Below, one piece after another: positions 59,648 through 63,827 of a stretch of 63,827 nucleotides of DNA. The DNA is from Salpingoeca rosetta (Eukaryota > Protista > Choanoflagellata): NCBI GenBank assembly GCA_033442325.1, contig JAWQFM010000002.1, positions 564,442 to 628,268 of the forward strand, given 5' to 3'. The notes under the pieces are model-generated. The model worked only from the letters and a program-made list of their open reading frames with translations, was not told the DNA's origin and did not search any database. Each line of letters opens with the position of its first letter. Within the stretch, counting starts at the first letter, position 1. Position numbers and translations under genes: made by a program.

Positions 59648-61244
59648 AGCCCGCTGTCAGCCTGAAGGCAAAAGCGAAGAAGCGCGTGGTTGTGTTTCGG
59701 TTCAAGACGGAGCGTGGCCCGCCCATTCTCGAGTTTGCAAAGGACGACAAGCGTGCACACAAGGAAGAGCTTGATCTCAGCGCCTCAAACAGCATCGAGG
59801 TAGGCACATGGTGGGACAGGGGAGGAGTGTGTGTGTGTATGAATTGTAAGTACGCGTCCACATGTGCGTGTGTGTGTGTTTCGAGTACACCCTCATGTGT
59901 GTGCGTTTCTCCCTGTGCGGTGTGATGAACGCATTGTGGTCTGGTGTCATGTCACACTCATACACAATTTCTCATGCTGCTGATTTTGCTTTCACTGTAC
60001 GCGCGCACTCGCCACTCCTCCCCCCCCCTCCACACCACTCCCCGTTGCAATGCAACCGCAGTATGACGACAACAGCACCGACACGTTTGTCATCAACTTT
60101 GACGAGGGCGCGTATGTGTTCCAGTGCGAAGATATGGCCACACGTGAGAAGTGGGTCTCAACCGTTGCCGACAAGGTGAGTAGCACGTCACCAACACAGT
60201 GGATGATGATTCACACTGCCCACATGTGGCTGTGGCTGCGCTGACGCTCGAGTTGCTTATCATGCACACCATAGCATGAATGCGTGCGTGCACGCCTGCC
60301 GCGTCAAACTCACGCACACACGCACACATCATGTTCATGCACATATGTGCGCACACACACACATGCGCACACACACACACACGTACCCCTGTTCACCTCC
60401 ATGCAGGTAAACCTGTGGCGACGCGTTGTTCCGCAGGCGAATGGCGGTGCGGATGTGCCCGACTCTCCGCTTGAACCCTCGCCGCAGCGGTTCTCCCTCA
60501 AGAACACGTGAGCATGCCGTATATCGTGTGGTGGTGTTCTTTGTTCTTGTTCTTGCTCTTGTTCTTGTTCTTTGTTCTTGTTTTTTGTTCTTGTTCTTGT
60601 TCCTGTTGTTCTTGTTCTTGTTCTTGTTCTTGTTCTTTGTTCTTGCTCTTGTTCTTGTTCTTGTTCTTACTCACCCAACCTCAACCCCCAACCAATGCAC
60701 TGCCACGTGTGGGCACAACAGCCGCGGTCCCAAAGTGGACACAAAGTCCGTGTTTCTCGATTTGTCGCAGTCACGATCGCCGCAGGACCGAAAGTCCCTT
60801 CGCTCGCGTCTCGCCCGCCCAGACCTGCTCGCCGTTTACCAAGGTGTGTGTGTGTGTGTCTTATTGGTGTGCATGTGTGTGTCTGCCGCTGTTGGCTTGG
60901 CACAACTCAAGCATGCGATCACTTCCACCTGCTCATTTTTCAATCTCTGCCTCCGAACGCATCCATACATGCATACATATTTGCATGTGCTCCGCTCTGT
61001 GTATGCCTGTACGGAGCAGTTGACGATGCTGCGCCGCTGAGCAAACCCATCCCGCCGCCGCCGCACATGTCGGAGTACCTTGGACACCGCTTCGTCGTCA
61101 CCTGCCAGGATCTCACCATGCGCATGAACCTCTCCGCCAACGGCAGGCCCCTCAACGTACACTCCCACATGTCTCTGTGTGCAGCTGTGGGTGTGTGTGG
61201 GTGGGTGTGTGCGTGCGCGCGCGTGCGTGCGGCACGTGTGTATG

Positions 61245-61278
<34 letters not shown>

Positions 61279-63675
61279 TCATGTGTGCTTGCGCGTATGG
61301 GCTTGCTGTATTGTCCTCAAACCACATTCTCTCATCTTCACACGGCCCACCACGCCATCACACCACCGCCATCAGCCGGAGCCGTTCTTCTGTTCGCTCG
61401 TGCTCTACGACATCAGAGAGAATTGCGTTGTTAGCGAGCGCTTCCACTTTGATCTCAACCAACAGCGACACGTACGTGAACTGTGTGTGTGTGTGTGTGT
61501 CTGTCTCTGTGCGTGTGTCTGCGTGTGTCCATGTGTCTGTGTCTGTGTGGGTTCCATTGGTGCTCACAATACTGATTGCCCCACCTTCCTTGCTCTTCAA
61601 CACTATCCATCCATCACCACCACCACCACCACCACCACCACCACCACCACCATCAGGGCTACTGCGAGGTGGACACGAGCGCCGCGCATCTGGAGACACG
61701 GAGCCGGCGGGCCGTGTTCAGCGTGTCGGACCCGCACCCCGAGATCTACCTCGTGCTCTTTGTTGAGAAGACGCTGCAGAAGGACTTCAACGCCGTCATC
61801 GAGGCATACATCAGGGTACACGCAAACACATGATGATGCAGTCGTGGCACACGTGTGTGTAGCATGTGTGTGTATCTGTGTGTCTGCGTCTGTGTATGTG
61901 TGTATGTGTGTGTGTATCTGTATGTCTGTGTCTGTGACCTCCCCGCCCCTGCCCCTCCAGCTGTCATATACACGAGACTGTGCTTGCCTTTCACCCTGCT
62001 TCTCCGCCCTCAATCCACCTGCGAAGCAACTCACGCTTATCATCAACATACCCGAACGCTTCACGTCCCCTCAACTCCCCCCTTCCTTTTTCTCTCCCTC
62101 TCCCCCATCCGAATCCCTGCATTGGTGCACCAACAGGGTGCAGACAACCCGAAGGCAGCAGAGCGGCAGAGCAAAGCGGCCGCAGATGCAATGGCGCGTC
62201 ACGGCGGTCAGCGCATGCCGTTTGCATGGGCAGCGCGACCTGTGTTCCGCTCTGATAAGGAGCTTGACACGCGTGCTGAGTTTTCGCCGCTGTTTCGCCA
62301 GGATCTGGAGAAGATGCGCGAGGAAGACATGTTCCGTGTGCTGCATGAGTACCACCGCACCATGGTCAAGACCAGCACGCAGGGGAAACTCAGGTTTACG
62401 ATGGTTCCCGGGGCGTTCACAGCGTCGGTCGAGCGCTACGCGTCCAACTACCCAACGGTGACCCCCTCCCTGCTGCCAGTGGCGCCGTACCCGGACAAGG
62501 AACTCGCACCGCGACGCGAGGTGATGAGCTTCTATCCCCGTGCCCTGCAGCACGCCCACCTCACCTACTACGACTTTCTGTACGTGTACCCGCGCTCCGT
62601 CAACTTTGCCGCCAAGCGCGTGAGCAAGAGCAGCAGTGCGCGCAATGTGCTCTGCCGCATCATGCTGCTTGACACGGACAAGTTTGCGCTCGACCCAAAT
62701 CCATCGGGCGCGCCGCTTGTGTATGGCCGCTCCAACACGCAGCGCTACGTGTCGTACGCAGAGACCACGGTGTCGTACCACACGCGTCAGCCCACCTTCA
62801 ACGAGGAGGTGAAGATTGCGCTGCCGCCAACGGTGAGCCGCCACCACCACCTCCTCTTCACCTTCTTCCACGTGGCAGTGAAGGAGAAGAAGAAATCCAA
62901 GACAATGGTGCGGCTCGGCCACGCCGTCTTGCCGCTCGCCGTTGCGCTCACCACCAACCGCGCCCGCTTCCACATGTGCGTTGCAAGCGCCTCTGCTGGC
63001 TATGACGGCCACGATCTACCGCCAAACTATCTTGAGCAGATCAAGATGGAGGGCAAGACGCGCGACACGTATGACAAGGAGTGCGAGCAGGAGCCGCTGC
63101 CTGGCCTGCGCTGGCTGGACGACGGCAAGCCCCTGTTTGTCGTGGACACACGCTCGCACTCAACCGTCCGGCACCACGACGACCACTTGCGCAAGTTTTT
63201 CAACGCGTGTGCACGCCACGACCGCACCACGCGCTCCGACACGGAGCTGTGCAACGCCATCAAAGGGCTGCACGCCATGCAGGATGCAACGCTGTTTGGG
63301 TTTCTTCCCGTCATCTTCAACCAGCTGCTGGAGCTGCTGCCGTCGAGTCCAAGCAACCACGACGACGTGACGGCCAACGTGATCACGTATCTGCTGTATG
63401 CGGTGGGACGCATGCCCGTGACAGCCCACGAGCGCAGCCAGCTCGTGCACCAGTATGTTGAGCATGTGTTCAAGACATCTTACGACAGCACATCCATGCG
63501 CGCTGTGCACGACGGCCTTGCACATCAGCTGCTGCCCATCTTGAAGGACGGGCAGACACGCGACTCTGTTGTGCTGTATGCGTGGTTCTTTCTCCGTCTC
63601 ATCAGCAAGAGCATGGCCCAGTTTCTCTTTGAAACGAAAATGCACAAGAAACCCCGCAAGAAGCGCTTTCCTCAG
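58177..63675 (+). CDS. Dedicator of cytokinesis GEF, DOCK-C/D class (PH-containing, zizimin/DOCK9-11-like); 5' part only, DHR-2 lies beyond the window
   Basis: N-terminal DELKHLLLPPKDEI; PH-like region ending REKWVSTV; EPFFCSLVLYDIRE...SERFHFDLN; AVFSVSDPHPEIYLV; RMPFAWAARPVF; DHR-1/C2 FLYVYPRSVNF...ARNV...YHTRQPTFNEEVKIALP...HHLLFTFFHV. Confidence 0.93.
60536..60668. repeat. (TTCTTG)n hexanucleotide repeat in a DOCK intron
   Basis: Imperfect tandem ttcttg run. Confidence 0.9.
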
Positions 63676-63708
63676 GTTGGCAACGCTTTTTGTGTGTGTG
63701 TGCGTTTG

Positions 63709-63794
<86 letters not shown>

Positions 63795-63827
63795 TGGGTG
63801 TGAGTGTGGCTGGGTGCGTGCGGGTGT

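Overview
Gene-dense, intron-rich eukaryotic DNA. Introns and intergenic regions are saturated with (CA)n/(GT)n microsatellites, and there are three N-gaps. Gene content (TLNRD1, a tyrosine phosphatase, a DOCK GEF, IFT57) and repeat style suggest a choanoflagellate such as Salpingoeca rosetta; this is an inference. By joining exons manually at GT-AG sites I reconstructed 17 protein-coding genes: a WW-domain protein tyrosine phosphatase (3' end outside the window), PSMA3, a C20orf85/CIMIP1-like ciliary protein, TLNRD1/MESDC1, a possibly CCDC32-like protein, RAD17, two tandem PILS/AEC-family transporters, FAN1, IFT57, an intronless low-complexity membrane protein, an Old Yellow Enzyme, ALG11, an SLC30/CDF zinc transporter, a SMAP-domain Lys-rich protein, an SLC35A nucleotide-sugar transporter and a DOCK-C/D GEF (3' end outside the window). 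Most ORFs in the supplied track are microsatellite artefacts. I found no rRNA, tRNA, CRISPR array or intact mobile element. The most notable signals are: polarised, self-complementary GT...CA repeats in introns that often lack a polypyrimidine tract; a 440-bp near-identical tract between otherwise diverged PILS paralogs; a triple-WW PTP; a CCHC zinc knuckle spliced into FAN1; an 8-intron TLNRD1; five tight head-to-head gene pairs; and an apparently missing ALG11 exon. Family assignments rest on motif recognition from memory; no database search was run.
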